This document shows positions 22,633-34,355 of a DNA stretch of 64,000 bases, one piece after another. The notes below the pieces were generated by a model. The model was not told the DNA's origin, made no database searches, and worked only from the letters and a program-made list of their open reading frames with translations. Source of the DNA: Scenedesmus sp. PABB004 (lineage: Eukaryota); contig JABVCE010000020.1 in the NCBI GenBank assembly GCA_014905635.1, positions 372,001 through 436,000 of the forward strand, in the 5' to 3' direction. Made by a program: the position numbers and the translations under genes. Every line of letters begins with the position of its first letter. Positions within the stretch are counted from its first letter, which is position 1.

Positions 22633-25600
22633 TCACGTGGCCATGTCGGGGACGGAGGCACTCGGAGTGATCGGCGGCGGCGCGTCGGCCATGGCATGGC
22701 AGAGGCAGCGGTTGACCGTGAGCGGCAGCGAGCCGTCGTAGGTCGCGCGCGCGACGTCGGCGCGCCCGCGCAGTGCGACGCCCTGCTGCGGCGGGCCGCC
22801 CTTGCGCGGCCGCACGTCCTGGTCGAAGATCGCTGCGGCGCGGCGCGCGGTGGGGGCGCAGAGGCGTGGTCAACGCCGGCCGCCGCGCGTGCGCCGGCGC
22901 GCCCACCCGCCGGCGGCAGCGGTCGCGGCCGCGGTCCCACAGGGCCGCGCACCCGTGGGGATGGCGAGCGTCGCGACCGCGTTGGGCACGTCGACGATCC
23001 CAGAGATCCGTCCCTCGCAGGGGCAGCAGGAGAGCAGCAGGTAGACCTGTGAGGTTCCAGGTGCGGGTTTGCACCAGCGGCGGAGGCGGCGGCGGCGGCG
23101 GCGGAGCGGCCGCAGCTCAGCGGGGCGCGGCCGGGCCAGGCTGGGCGTGGCGGGGCGCGGCCGGGGGGGGGGGGGGGGTGCGCTGCTGCGCGCGCGCAGC
23201 GGCCGGGGCCCCGCCGCGCGCCGCCGGGCCGGCGCCCCGGCCGCGGGGCGCGGCGGCCGCGGCGCGCCTGCTCGCGGGTGTAGCCAAACTTGGCCAGGTA
23301 GTCGATGCAGTTGAGAACGGCCCGCTTGTACGCGATCGTGGCGTCCTGGCGGCGCGCAGGGTTTAGCGGGCGGGCGCGTCGGTGAGCTTGGGGTTCAGGG
23401 GGGGGGGCTCGAGAGGGCCGGCCGGCGCGCGCGCGCGTCCCCCTGACCCCTAAACCGCGCACCAGGTAGTGCTGCTTGCCAGTCTCGTCCACCGAGATGC
23501 CTTCAAACACCAGCCACTCTGCGCAAGTGCAGCGGAACCACACGGCGGCGGCGCGCACGCGTTGCATTGGGGCGCGCGCACGTGCGGCGGCGCGCGCCTG
23601 GACGCGCGCGCGCCGCGCGTGCGCTGCACGCCGCGCCGGCCGCGGCGCCGCGGCCGCCGCGCCGCGCGCGGCTGCAGCGCACCGCTGTAGCGCGGCTCGA
23701 GCGGACCAATCTCAAAGATGGGGTGCACGTGCAGCCGCGTGGGGCCCATGGGCGTGAGGAACTGCGCCATGCCGCCGCGCAGCACCTCGCACCTGTGGGC
23801 GTGCGTGCGTCAAGGCGGCGGCGCCGGGGCGGGGTTGAGGTGCGTGAGCGCCGTGTGCAGGCGCCTCTCTGCTGCGCTCGGGCCCCGGTTTGAACCCCGG
23901 CACACCGCTGATTTAGCTGCTGATCAGCTGCTGAGCCGTGCGCCCTGCGCCCGGCGCCCGGCGCCCTGCGCCCTGCGCCCGGAGCCCCGAGCCCTGAGCC
24001 CTGAGCCCTGAGCCCTGCGCCCCCCCCCCCCCCCCCCCCCGGGCGGCGCACCGCAGCTCCAAGAAGCCGCTCATCTCAATGGCGCCGCAGAAGGAGACCT
24101 CGCCGTCGCCCTGCGAGAAGTGCATGTCCCTGCGACGGCGGCGGCGCCAGGGGGGTCAGGCGGGCAGGCCAAGGCGGGCAGGGTGTGGGGGGGGGGGGGG
24201 GGTCGGGTGCGAGTCGGGCGCGGCGGGTGCGGCGGGCGCGGCGGGCGCGGCGCACCCCATGCTGAGGTTGGCGCCCTCGACAAACACGGGCAGGTAGACC
24301 CTGTGCGAGGGAAAGGAAGGGGAGCGGGGCAGCAGGGCAGCGGGGCGGGGTGGTCAGGGGCCGGTCAGGGGCCAGCGTCCTGGTCGCGCCCAGGGCCCGC
24401 GGCTGCTGCTGGCGCGCGCGCGCCGTGAGGCCGTCACCTGCAGCCGCGGGAGAGGTTTTTGATGTCGCAGTTGCCGCCGTTCTCCCGCCCCGGCACCGTG
24501 CGTGCGGCCTCTCCCGCGATGCGCTCCCACTCGGCGCTGCCGCGCTTCACCTTGCCCAGGCACGCGCCGGCCGGGCTCGGCAGGCACGCTGCGGCGGCGA
24601 TGGTGCAGCGGGCGCGGCGCAGCGGGGGGTGGGGGGGGGGTGCTCGGTGCGGCGCGGCGCGCGGCGCGAGCAGGAGCCCCGCGCCGCGCCGCGCGCCGCA
24701 CCGAGCGGCCGCGTGTGCAGCACGCCGCCGAGCGTCGTCGCGTCGGGGCCGGCCTCCACCAGCGCCCCCTCGCGCGTGTTCCATATCTCCAGCAGCTCGG
24801 CGCTCGGCGCGGTGCCGATCAGGCCTGCGCGCCGCGCACGCGCAGCGGCGGGCGGGCGCCGCGCGGCGTGGGCGCGCGCGGCCGGCCGCGCCGCGCCGCT
24901 CGAGCGCGCTCCGCCGCCCCGCCGCCCGCGGCCGTCGGGGAGGGAGCGGCCCGCCGCTCTCCAGAGTGGGCCTCGCTGCTACAAGCCCATCGTTAACGAG
25001 CAGGGTTTAGGGTTTAGGGTTGAGGTTTTAGGGTTTAGGGTTTAGGGGCGGCAAGTGGGCGCGCGCGCTCACCGGGGTGGATGAGCCCCGCGAAGCGCAC
25101 GCCCGGGATGTGGCGGCTGGACGCGTACACGCCGTCAAAGTGCCTGGCGCGGCGTTTTTGGGGTTTAGGGGGCATGCCGGGCGTGTGGGGTGGGTTGTGA
25201 GGGGCGGCGGCGGCGGGCGGGCAGGCCACGCGAGCCAGCCCCCTGGTGGTGCGCGGGCGGCGCGCGCGCACGCGCGCGCACCAGATGGCCTTGGTCGCGC
25301 AGGGGAAGTGGTCGGTCAGGAAGCCGCCCCTGGCGGGGGGGTTTTTTGGGGGGGGGAGGGTCAGGGTTCAGGGCTCAAGCCGGCCGTGCGGGCGGCGGCG
25401 GCGGCGCGCGTGCTTGGGGCGCTGCGAGCTCGGGGGCCCGGCTGCCGCGGCGCCCCCCGCCCGCCCCGCCCCGCGGGGGGGGGGGGGGGGGGGGGGGGGC
25501 TCCCGCGCTGGGCGGGGCGCGCGCGCCCCACCCAGCGCCTCGCGCCCCACCCCCCTTCCCCCTCCCCCGCTGCCGCCGCCGCACCCGTTCTCGCGGTCGA

Positions 25601-26519
25601 ACGTGCCAGTGAAGCCCCACTCATCCCCGGGGAGGGGCCCAGGTTGCAGATCTCAACCATCAGCAGGTCGCCTGCGGCGCGGCGGGGGTTTACCAGGGAG
25701 CCCGGCGACCGCGGTTTAGGGCGCGCGGCCGCGGCGACCACGGCGGGCGGCGGCGGGGGTCGCGGGCCGGCGGCGCGCTTAGAGCACGGGGCGTCTGAGC
25801 GTGGGGGCCATCGGAGGGGGAGGCACGCACCCGGCTGCGCGGGCGCGCCGTCGCTGCCGTTGACGCGGATGGGGCCCGACAGGTAGTGCACCTGGCCGGG
25901 GGGAGCGCGGGAGGGAGCGCGGGGAGCGCGGGCGGCGCTGAGGGCGCGCCCTGCCGCGTGCGGGCGAGTTCGATGGCGGCACCCGCCGTGACACACGCAC
26001 ACGAACGCCTTGCCCCCCCCCCTTGAACCCTGCAGGGCGCCCAGGCGCCCCGCCCACCTGGGAGAGGTCGACGCGCTTGATGTCCTCCGCCGAGTCATCG
26101 TCAGCAATCTGCGCGGCGGCGCGGCACGGGCGCGGGGTGTGGACACGCGACGCTGAGCCCCCGCCGCGGCGGCCGCGGCGCCGCGCCCGCGGCAGGCCCC
26201 GTCGCCCCGCCCGCCGGCGCAGCACAGCGGGGCGCGCGGCTGCGCTGCTCATCACACGCCTGGCCGCCGGTCCAGTCGACCGTCTCGACGCGGAAGAGCT
26301 CGCCCTCCGCCACCTCGGCAACCTGCGCAGCGCGTTTGGGGCGCGGAGTTTGGTGGCGTTCCGTGAGCACACCGCGCGCCTGCTGGGAGCCGGCGGCGGC
26401 GCCGCCCTGCACACCGCGGGGATGTCGGGGTGCCAGCGGTTGTGCAGCGGCTTCTCCTGCTCCCAGGCGGGCTTGGTGACGTCCACGGTGATGAGCGGCG
26501 TCGGCGTGCGCGGCGGCAT
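22633..26519 (-). CDS. fmdA: Formamidase (FmdA/AmdA acetamidase-formamidase family), about 17 exons, apparent 1-nt frameshift near 25635
   Basis: HNRWHPDIP, FRVETVDWTGGQ, VHYLSGPI, WGFTGTFDRENGGGFLTDHFP, HIPGVRFAGLIHPGLIGTAPS, ARTVPGRENGGNCDIKNLSRG, DMHFSQGDGEVSFCGAIEM and GIVDVPNAVATLAIPT. Confidence 0.94.
23941..24040. repeat. Intronic degenerate heptamer array (CGCCCTG/AGCCCTG)n followed by a poly-C run
   Basis: 7-nt periodicity visible over about 11 units, then about 21 C. Confidence 0.85.
25002..25048 (+). repeat. Interstitial telomere-type repeat (TTTAGGG)n in a formamidase intron
   Basis: agggtttagggtttagggttgaggttttagggtttagggtttagggg: about 6 Arabidopsis-type units, partly degenerate. 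Confidence 0.9.
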
Positions 26520-27034
26520 CGTGCGGCGCTGCGCTCCGGCGGCTGGCGGCGGTCGGCGGCGCCGCGCGCGGGCGTGGCGCAGTGAGCCAGACCTTGGCAG
26601 CAGCGCGCGCGACAAGCCTGGCGCGCGCCCTGCTGCGTACTGCCCAAGTGGTGCTGCTGCTGATGGGAGCGCTGGGCGCTCCGTCTCGGCGCGCGGCGCG
26701 CTGCCCGCCCGGCTGCGCTCTCCCGCAGCTGTCAGCGGGCTACCCACGTTCTCGATGAGGGCAAAGCGGGGCTGCCCGCGAAATTGGCTGTAGCCCTAGT
26801 CGCACAGCGGCCGACGCAGCGCGTTCGAGCGGTCGCCAGGAGCGCAGAGTGCAACGCCGAACGAGTGGAGCGGGCGCCGGGGGGCAGAGGGGCGAGCACG
26901 AGCAGAGGAAAGAGAGGGGACGCGCAAAGGGCCACCTTTCTCATGCCGTAAGCACGCCTGCCGCGGTCGCGCGGCCGCGAGCGGGCTTCGTGGACGCCTG
27001 TGGCCCGCAGCACCGCCCGGCCGCCGCCGGCGCG

Positions 27035-27316
27035 CGCCGTCACCGGCGGCGCGCGCTGCTCGCGCCGTGTGCACGCGGCGGCCGCGTGCGCCGGGACGGC
27101 GCGCGCCATGTTGGTTGCTGCCCTGCTGCCACCGGCGTCACCCGCGCCGCTCCGCTGCCACGCCGAGCGCGCCGGCCCGCGCAGCCACGCGCGCGCGCCG
27201 CTGCGGCGCGCAGCCGGTCGTCGAGCAGCAGCCACGCCTGGTGCGCGATGTGACCCAGGAAGTAGGCCGCCGCGCCGGCGTTGATCAGGCCCAGCAGCGC
27301 GAGCAGCGCCGCGCGG
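27035..27316 (-). pseudogene. Duplicated fragment of the last exon of the 34711-45541 membrane-protein gene
   Basis: 27174-27316 matches 34763-34909 with 4 substitutions and a frame-shifting 4-nt (GC)n indel. It encodes LLALLGLINAGAAAYFLGHIAHQAWLLL. Weaker similarity extends to about 27035 and 34590. Confidence 0.8.
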
Positions 27317-27891
27317 AAGCCGTCGCCCGGCGCTGACGCAGTCAGTTCGCGCTGCAGTGCGTCGCGTTCTGGGTGACGCCGGCGCAGTCGGTCGCACGGC
27401 CGCCGCCACCGCCTGCCCTGGGATGAGCAAGAGAATCGGCGCGGGGCCAGCTGCGCGCCGCAGCAGCACGCCGCCCCGTGCGCGCTGCGGGCCAGCGCCC
27501 CGGCGGCTGCAGCGCGCGCCCGCGCGCGGCGGCACCGCCGGTGCCGCCGAGGCCGCGACGGCGCGGCGGCGTGTGCCTGCGGCTCTTCCGTGACGTCGAG
27601 AGTAATCCAAGCGCCCCAGCCCCGCACTCCCGGGCCCTGGCGTCGCCCAGCACCCGGCCAGCTCCGGCCCGCCAGGCTGCCGCTCCCCCGGCCCGCCTGA
27701 GCCGCCCCGCCCTGCCGCCGCCCGGCAGTTCGCTTACCATGAGAGAACCAACGCGCACCTCGCCCGCGCCGCTCCGCCCACACACGACCCGCGGCACCGT
27801 GTCGGGCATCGACCCCGCTGCCGCAGCACGCGCCCGCGCAGCGAGAGGGACCGGTGACATACGTTTCTCTGCTTGAGCTGTCATGGCTCCA

Positions 27892-28766
27892 CGGCGGCGC
27901 CGCGGGAGCGCGAATTTTGGCGGGGCGGGGCCGGGTTTTGGCGGGGCGGGGCCGGGTTTTGGCCCGGCGGCGCCGCGGGAGCGCGAGTTTTGGCCCGGCG
28001 GGGCCGGGTTTTGGCCCGGCGGCGCCGCGGGAGCGCGAATTTTGGCGGGGCGGGGCCGGGTTTTGGCGGGGCGGGGCCGGGTTTTGGCCGGCGGCGCCGC
28101 GGGAGCGCGAGTTTTGGCCCGGCGGGGCCGGGTTTTGGCCCGGCGGCGCCGCGGGAGAGCGAATTTTGGCGGGGCGGGGCCGGGTTTTGGCCGGGCGGCG
28201 CCGCGGGAGGGCGAATTTTGGCGGGGCGGGGCCGGGTTTTGGCCCGGCGGGGCCGGGTTTTGGCCCGGCGGCGCCGCGGGAGGGCGAATTTTGGCCCGGC
28301 GGGGCCGGGTTTTGGCCCGGCGGCGCCGGGTTTTGGCCCGGCGGCGCCGCGGGAGCGCGAATTTTGGCGGGGCGGGGCCGGGTTTGGCGGGGCGGGGCCG
28401 GGTTTTGGCCCGGCGGCGCCGCGGGAGCTCGAGTTTTGGCCCGGCGGGGCCGGGTTTTGGCCCGGCGGCGCCGCGGGAGGGCGAATTTTGGCGGGGCGGG
28501 GCCGGGTTTTGGCCGGGCGGCGCCGCGGGAGGGCGAATTTTGGCGGGGCGGGGCCGGGTTTTGGCCCGGCGGGGCCGGGTTTTGGCCCGGCGGCGCCGCG
28601 GGAGGGCGAATTTTGGCCCGGCGGGGCCGGGTTTTGGCCCGGCGGCGCCGCGGGAGCGCGAGTTTTGGCCCGGCGGGGCCGGGTTTTGGCCCGGCGGCGC
28701 CGCGGGAGCGCGAATTTTGGCGGGGCGGGGCCGGGTTTTGGCCCGGCGGGGCCGGGTTTTGGCCCT
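27892..28766. repeat. Compound minisatellite of interspersed 21-nt and 31-nt units, each ending in TTTTGG (35 units)
   Basis: Units are C[CG][CG]GGCGGGGCCGGGTTTTGG (21 nt) and CCCGGCGGCGCCGCGGGAG[CG]GCGA[AG]TTTTGG (31 nt), counted by hand. Confidence 0.95.
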
Positions 28767-29005
28767 GGACGGCCCTGGACGGCGGCACGGCACGGCGGCT
28801 AGGCCCTGGCCCTGGCCACTGACAGCTGCACATGACGGAGCCTGCCCCGCGACATGCCACCCCAGTTGCAGTTGCAGTTGGCCATGAACCCCACCACCCG
28901 CCGCACAGCCCTCCGCCACCCGCTCCACCGCCTCTGCCGCAGCCTCCGCCGCCCGCTCCACCGCCTCCGCCGCAGCCGCCGACGCCACACGCCGCAGACC
29001 CTCGG

Positions 29006-29505
29006 TCACCCCACCGCCGCGGCCCCGCCCGCGGCCTGCGCGATGTGCGCGAGCACCGCTTCCAGCGCCGCCTTCTCCGGCGCCAACAGCACCTGGCTCG
29101 CCGGGCCGCCCCGGCCGCCCCGCGTCTCCGGCGACATCATGATGGCCCTGGTGAGCAGGCTCATGAGCTCCGGCACGCTGGCCTGCCCCTCGCGCTCCCC
29201 AGTGACCTGGCGCAGGGGGTTGAGCTGGGACTTGCGCTTGATGGTCAGCTTGGGCTTGTTGGTTTTGAGCATGCGGAGGGTGGCCGTAAGCTCCGCGCGG
29301 CCCAGGATGGCCTCGGCGCCGAGCAGCAGCTCGACCGCGCACGGCGGCGGCACTGGCGGCGGCGCCGGCTGCAGCGGCGGCGCCTCGCCGTCGTCGCCGT
29401 CGCTGGCCTCGCCGTCGTCGCTCTCCGCGCCGCCGCCGCCGGGCGCGCCCGCCTGCTCGCCGCCGCCCGGCACGCCGGCCACGGGCCCGCCCAGCGGCGG
29501 CGGCT

Positions 29506-29537
<32 letters not shown>

Positions 29538-31144
29538 AGCGCCGCCACGCCGCCGCCGGGCGCGCCCGCCTGCTCGCCGCCCGCCGCGCCGTGCCGGCGC
29601 TTCTGCCCGCCGGCGGACGAGGCCGGGCTGTGGGCGCGCTTGGGCGCCCCGCCGTCCTGCTCCTGCGCAGCAGCGAGCGCCGCCGTGTGCGCGGCGCTCG
29701 CCGCGGCTGCGTCCTCCCCCGGCTCGGCCGCGGCCGCGGCGCCCGCGGCGGCCGCGCCCTGCGCCGCCTCGCGCTCGCGCGCCTCGCCGTTGCCCTCGGC
29801 GCCGCGGCCGGGCGGTGCCACCGCGCCGCCGCTGGGCACGCCCGCCTGCTCGCCGCCGCCCGCCGCCGGGCTCGCCAAGTGCTGGCGCTTTGGCGCGGTG
29901 GCAGCGGCGGCGGCGGCGGTGGCAGCGGTGGCGGTGGCCGCGGCCGGGCTGAGGGGACGCTTGGGCGCCCCGCTGCTCGGCACGGCCGCCTCGGGCTCCG
30001 ACGCGGCGGCCGCCGCGGCCGCGCCCTGCTCGAGCGCGGCGCGCGCGGCCTCGAGCTGCTCGAGCTGCTCGAGCGCGGCGGCGTGCTGCCCGCGCAGCTG
30101 CTCCAGCGCGGCGTCGTGCTGCTCCAGCAGCTCAATCGCGCCCGCATGCCACTCGACGTGCAGGGCCTGCGCCGCGGCGAGCTCCGCGCGCGCCGCCTCG
30201 AGCTGCGCCACCGCCGTCGCTGCCGCGGCCGCCGAGGCCGCCGCCTGGCGCTGCGCGTCGGCCGCCGCGGTCTGCTGCTGCTCCTGCAGCTGCTCGCTAG
30301 CGCGCGCGTGCGCGTCCTGCAAAGGGACGGCGCGGGCGCGGGCGCTTGCGTGAGCCACCGCCGCGCGTCGGCCGCGGGCGCGGGCGCGCGCCGTGCATCG
30401 AACCGGCGGCGCGGCGGCGGCGGCGCGCACCTGGGCCACCTCCAGCTGCTCGGCGAGCGCCGCGCGCTCCGCGTCGGCCGCCGCCGCCGCGTCGGCCGCC
30501 TGCTGCCGCGCCGCCGTCAGCTGCTCGGCGAGCGCCGCGCGCTCCGCGTCGGCCGCCGCCGCCGCGTCGGCCGCCGCCTGCCGCGCCGCCGTCAGCTGCT
30601 CGGCGAGCTCCGCGCGCGCCGCCTCGAGCTGCGCCTGCAGCGCCTTGACGCCGGCCTGCGACGCGGCGCGGCGCGTCGGGCGATGCGCTGCGCGTCGGGC
30701 GATGCGGAGCACGCCGGCCGCGGCGCGGGCGTAGGGCAGGGGCAGCTCGCCGCCCGCGCACGCCCCGCGCGCCAAAGGGGAGCGGGCACGGGCAGCTCGC
30801 GGCGCGCTGTCGCGCACCTGGGCGCCGACTCCGGCGCTCTGCGCGAAGGTCGCGGGCGGCGCCGCGCCGGGCTGCGTGGGCTCACCGGCGGCCTGCGGCG
30901 GTCGCGGCGCGCCGGGCGCGCTGAGGCGCTCGTCCTGCACCGGCGCGCGCGCGCAGGGGGCAGCGTCGCGCCCCGCGCGCCGGCGGCGACGGCGGCGCGC
31001 CGTGCCGGTGCTGCTGTGCTGCGAGCTCGGGGCGCCAGTTGCGCGCACCTGGCCGCGCACCCGGCTGGGCGAGGCGCTCGCGGGCGGCGCCGTGGGTGGC
31101 TGCGCCGCGTGCGCGCCGTGCGCGCGGTGGGCTGCTGTCGCCAT
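29006..31144 (-). CDS. Uncharacterised Ala-rich coiled-coil protein with internal repeats and a basic C-terminal domain, 4 exons
   Basis: GT-AG introns and coding-like exons (LQAQLEAARAELAEQL..., repeated AEQLTAARQ.AADAAAAADAERAAL, 3x GGEQAG.P.GG, C-terminal LRMLKTNKPKLTIKRKSQLNPLRQV). The start codon is uncertain. Confidence 0.6.
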
Positions 31145-31247
31145 CTCCGCGCCTCTGCCGCCGCCGCTCGGACCGCCCACGCGCGCGGCTCGAGCGTCCG
31201 GGGAGTAGAGGGCCGCTGATTGGAGGCGTGCCGGTCCGTGCACGGGC

Positions 31248-31290
<43 letters not shown>

Positions 31291-31581
31291 GCAGGCGCTG
31301 CTGCGGCACGCGGTGCGCGTCGCTGGGCGCAGCGCCCGCCGGGCGGAGCAGGGACGCGCCGGGGGCGTGCCTGGAGCGCTGGTGCCAGCGGGAGGGAGGG
31401 GCGGTCACGCGGCGCGGGCGCTCGAACGGCGAGCGCTAAACCGCCGGCGCAAGCTTAGCGCGCCGCCAGCGCGCGCGGCCGCTCGCCCGCGAGACCAACC
31501 CGGGCAATACGCTGTCGCAGCGCGCGCCGGGCGGCCTGCAGGCCTCGCTCGCACGCTCTCGACATCACATCACCCACAAGC

Positions 31582-34185
31582 ATGGCCGTCCGCGGCAGCC
31601 GCGCCCTGGCGCGGCACGCCCTCGCACTGGCGGCGGCGCTGGCGCTGCTGCTCGCGTGCGCTCCGGCCGGCGCGGCAGCGGCGCGCGGGCCCAGGCGCGG
31701 CCTGCTGGCGGGCGAGAGTGGCTCCCGCAGCCTGACGTCAGCCAGGGCTGCGCCCGCCGTCGACTGCCCGGCCGGCAGCGGCGTGCCGGCGGGCGCCGGC
31801 GGGGCCTGCGCGCCGTGCAAGCGCGGCACCTGGTCGGTCGGCGGGCCGGACGCGAGGTGCAAGACCTGCCCCAAGGGCTACGACACCGCCAGCGAGGGTT
31901 CAAAGTCAGCACGGGCCTGTAGCCACTGCCGGGCCGGCTACGGAGGCCCCTCCACCTGCGCGCCCTGCCCGGCCGGCACGTGGCGCGCCGCCAAGCCGGG
32001 CGCGCGCATCAGGGTGTGCCGCGCCTGCCCCGTGCTTATGACAACACCAGGCCCGGGCGCCAAGAGCGCGGCCGCGTGCAACCAGAGTCTCGCCCTCCCT
32101 GATGATCCGGTGGCGTCGGCGCTGCTGCGCGGCCTGGCGGAGCTTGCCGGCAGCGCGCCGCTCGGCAATCCCGATCTGGCATCATGGCGCCCCGGCACCG
32201 ACCCGTGCACCTGGGCTGGTGTGACGTGCTCAGAGAGAGCGCCGCGCGTGGTGACGTCAGTCGGCATCGATTTCACAGGACCGTGCACCGGCCGCCTGCC
32301 GCGCGCCTGGGGCGAGCTCGGCCCTGGGCTGGAGAGGATCTCGCTCTCCATAGCCAGTCCATGCACCAGCGCCAGCGACCCGTCGTTGCCCCAGGAGTGG
32401 CGCAACCTCACCGGGCTCAAGAGCCTTACGCTTAACAACGTTGGCGTGACAGGCCCGCTGTCGCTGGCGTGGCTGCCGCCGAGCATGGAGCGCTTGGATT
32501 TGGGCGGCACCCGCTTCACCTCCCTGGCCGACGACGTGGAGCCGGGCGCGCTGCCCGCACTGCGCAAGCTGAGCGTCGCTCAAGACTCTGCGTACCCCAT
32601 TGGCGGGGCGCTGCCGGGCTCGTGGTCAAACCTCGCGGCGTTGGAGGAGCTGCGCGTGCAGGTGTGCTGCCAAGAGCTCTCTCAGGGACCACTCCCTGCA
32701 CCAGGAGGGCCGTTGCCCGACCGGCGCGGCATGGCGAGCCTCAAGCAGCTGGACCTTACTGGCCTCGGGCTGACCGGCGCGCTGTCGCTGGCGGCGCTGC
32801 CGCCAGCCGTGCAGATGGTGCAGATTGCATTGGGTCACTTCATCTCCCTCGCCGACGACGTGGTGTCTGGAGACCTGCCTGCGCTGCAATCGCTGAGCAT
32901 TGGCCAGTACCCCCAGCAACGCCTCGGCGGGACGCTGCCGGCCTCCTGGTCACAGCTCTCCGCGCTGCAGGAGCTGAGTATCCAAGGCCAGGCGCTGACT
33001 GGGCCCCTGCCCGAGGCATGGGCAAGCATGGCGGCGCTTCAGGGGCTCGGCCTGGGCGGCAACGCGCTCAGCGGCGAGCTTCCCGCCGCTTGGGGCAGCG
33101 GCATGGCCAACCTCACGTGGCTGGACCTGTCGCGCAACAACATCACCGGCCCCATCCCCGAGGCCTGGGTGGGCATGGCGACTCTGCGAGAGCTGCGGCT
33201 GTCGCACAACGCGCTCTCCGGGCCACTGCCCGCCAAGCTGCCCGCCAAACTGGCGTCCCTGGACCTCAGCCACAACCAGGTGCGGGCGCCTGGCGGGAGG
33301 GCGGAGCAGTGCCGCGGACGGGCCCAGTCCGGCCGGGCTCCACGCAGGCTGCGGCAGGCGTGCGAGCGCGCGCCCACAGACCAACCTGCGCCCTGCCCCC
33401 CTGTGCTGCCGCCGCCTCCCCGCAGCTGACGGGCCCGATCAACGGCTGGCCGGGGTGGGCACTTGCGTCATTCCCGGGCCCCTGTGACGGCTCCCTCAAC
33501 CTCGCCCACAACCGGCTGACCGGCCCGCTGCCCGCAGTGCCAGCGGGCGGGGCTCAAGGCATTGACCTGTCGAACAACGCCCTCACCTCCACGCTGCCGG
33601 CCACTTGGGTGCACTGGGCGAGTAACAATTCACGTGGGTGCCGCGCGCGCTGCGCTGCAACCGCCGGTGTATCAGCGCGCGGCACGCTGTGGGCAGGCCC
33701 TGCAACCCCCGCTGCCGACAGGCTGTGGTGGGAGTGTCTCACTCAACCTCGCCAACAACCGCCTCCGCGGCCCGCTGCCGTCCGAGTGGGGCGCCTGGGT
33801 ATCTCAGACAGAGTCGATGATGCTGGTCTCGCTCAACCTCACCGGCAACCCGCTCAACGCATCGCTGCCCCCCGAGTGGGGCAGCATGGGTCTCATGACG
33901 TTGGACCTGAGCTTCTGCGACCTGCGCGGCGAGTTTCCTGCAACCCCGTGGGCGGCACTGGGGCTTTGGCACCTGGCCATCAGCGACAACCCGCAGCTCT
34001 CGGGTTGCCTGCCGCGCGCGTGGCTGGAGCGCGACATGGGGCTGCTGGTGCACCCGCGCGAGTGCGAGCTGCCAGACGGCTGCACCACCACGTGGGTGCT
34101 GCTGCGCGACTTGGCAAGCGGCGTAGCGCTGGACCCGAACCCGCTGCGCAACACCCAACTCACCGGCGTGTGCGCGGCCGAGTGA
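31582..34185 (+). CDS. Secreted Cys-rich (ephrin-receptor-like CxxCPxG) + LRRNT + LRR protein, 3 exons
   Basis: Signal peptide ALALAAALALLLACA, CAPCKRGTWS and CAPCPAGTW repeats, SWRPGTDPCTWAGVTC, and many LxLxxNxLxGxLP repeats. Introns at about 33280-33425 and 33634-33721. No TM or kinase domain seen. Confidence 0.85.
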
Positions 34186-34355
34186 TCGCTGCTGCCTTGG
34201 GGGCGCACTTGAGGGGCTATGCCGTTGGGAGCCAGCACAAGCGAGGCAACGGGCGCACCTGTGCAAGCGCGCGGCGCGCGTAGCACCACTGCAAACCGTG
34301 GGCGGCGGGCCTGGCGCGGCGGCATTGCACTGCGCTGAGGCACCAAGGGGGTGGT

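Noticed and set aside
25002..25048. True chromosome end or misjoin at the TTTAGGG tract
   Set aside because: The tract is short, and formamidase exons continue in the correct order on both sides.
25630..25640. Programmed ribosomal frameshift in formamidase
   Set aside because: There is no canonical slippery heptamer, and the same kind of 1-nt loss at G/C runs recurs in unrelated genes, pointing to sequencing error.
27854..28887. Repetitive ORFs across the satellite (GGAGFWP.., GPGFGP..) and a possible CRISPR array
   Set aside because: Several frames are open only because the repeat units lack stops. There are no unique spacers and no cas genes, and the DNA is eukaryotic.
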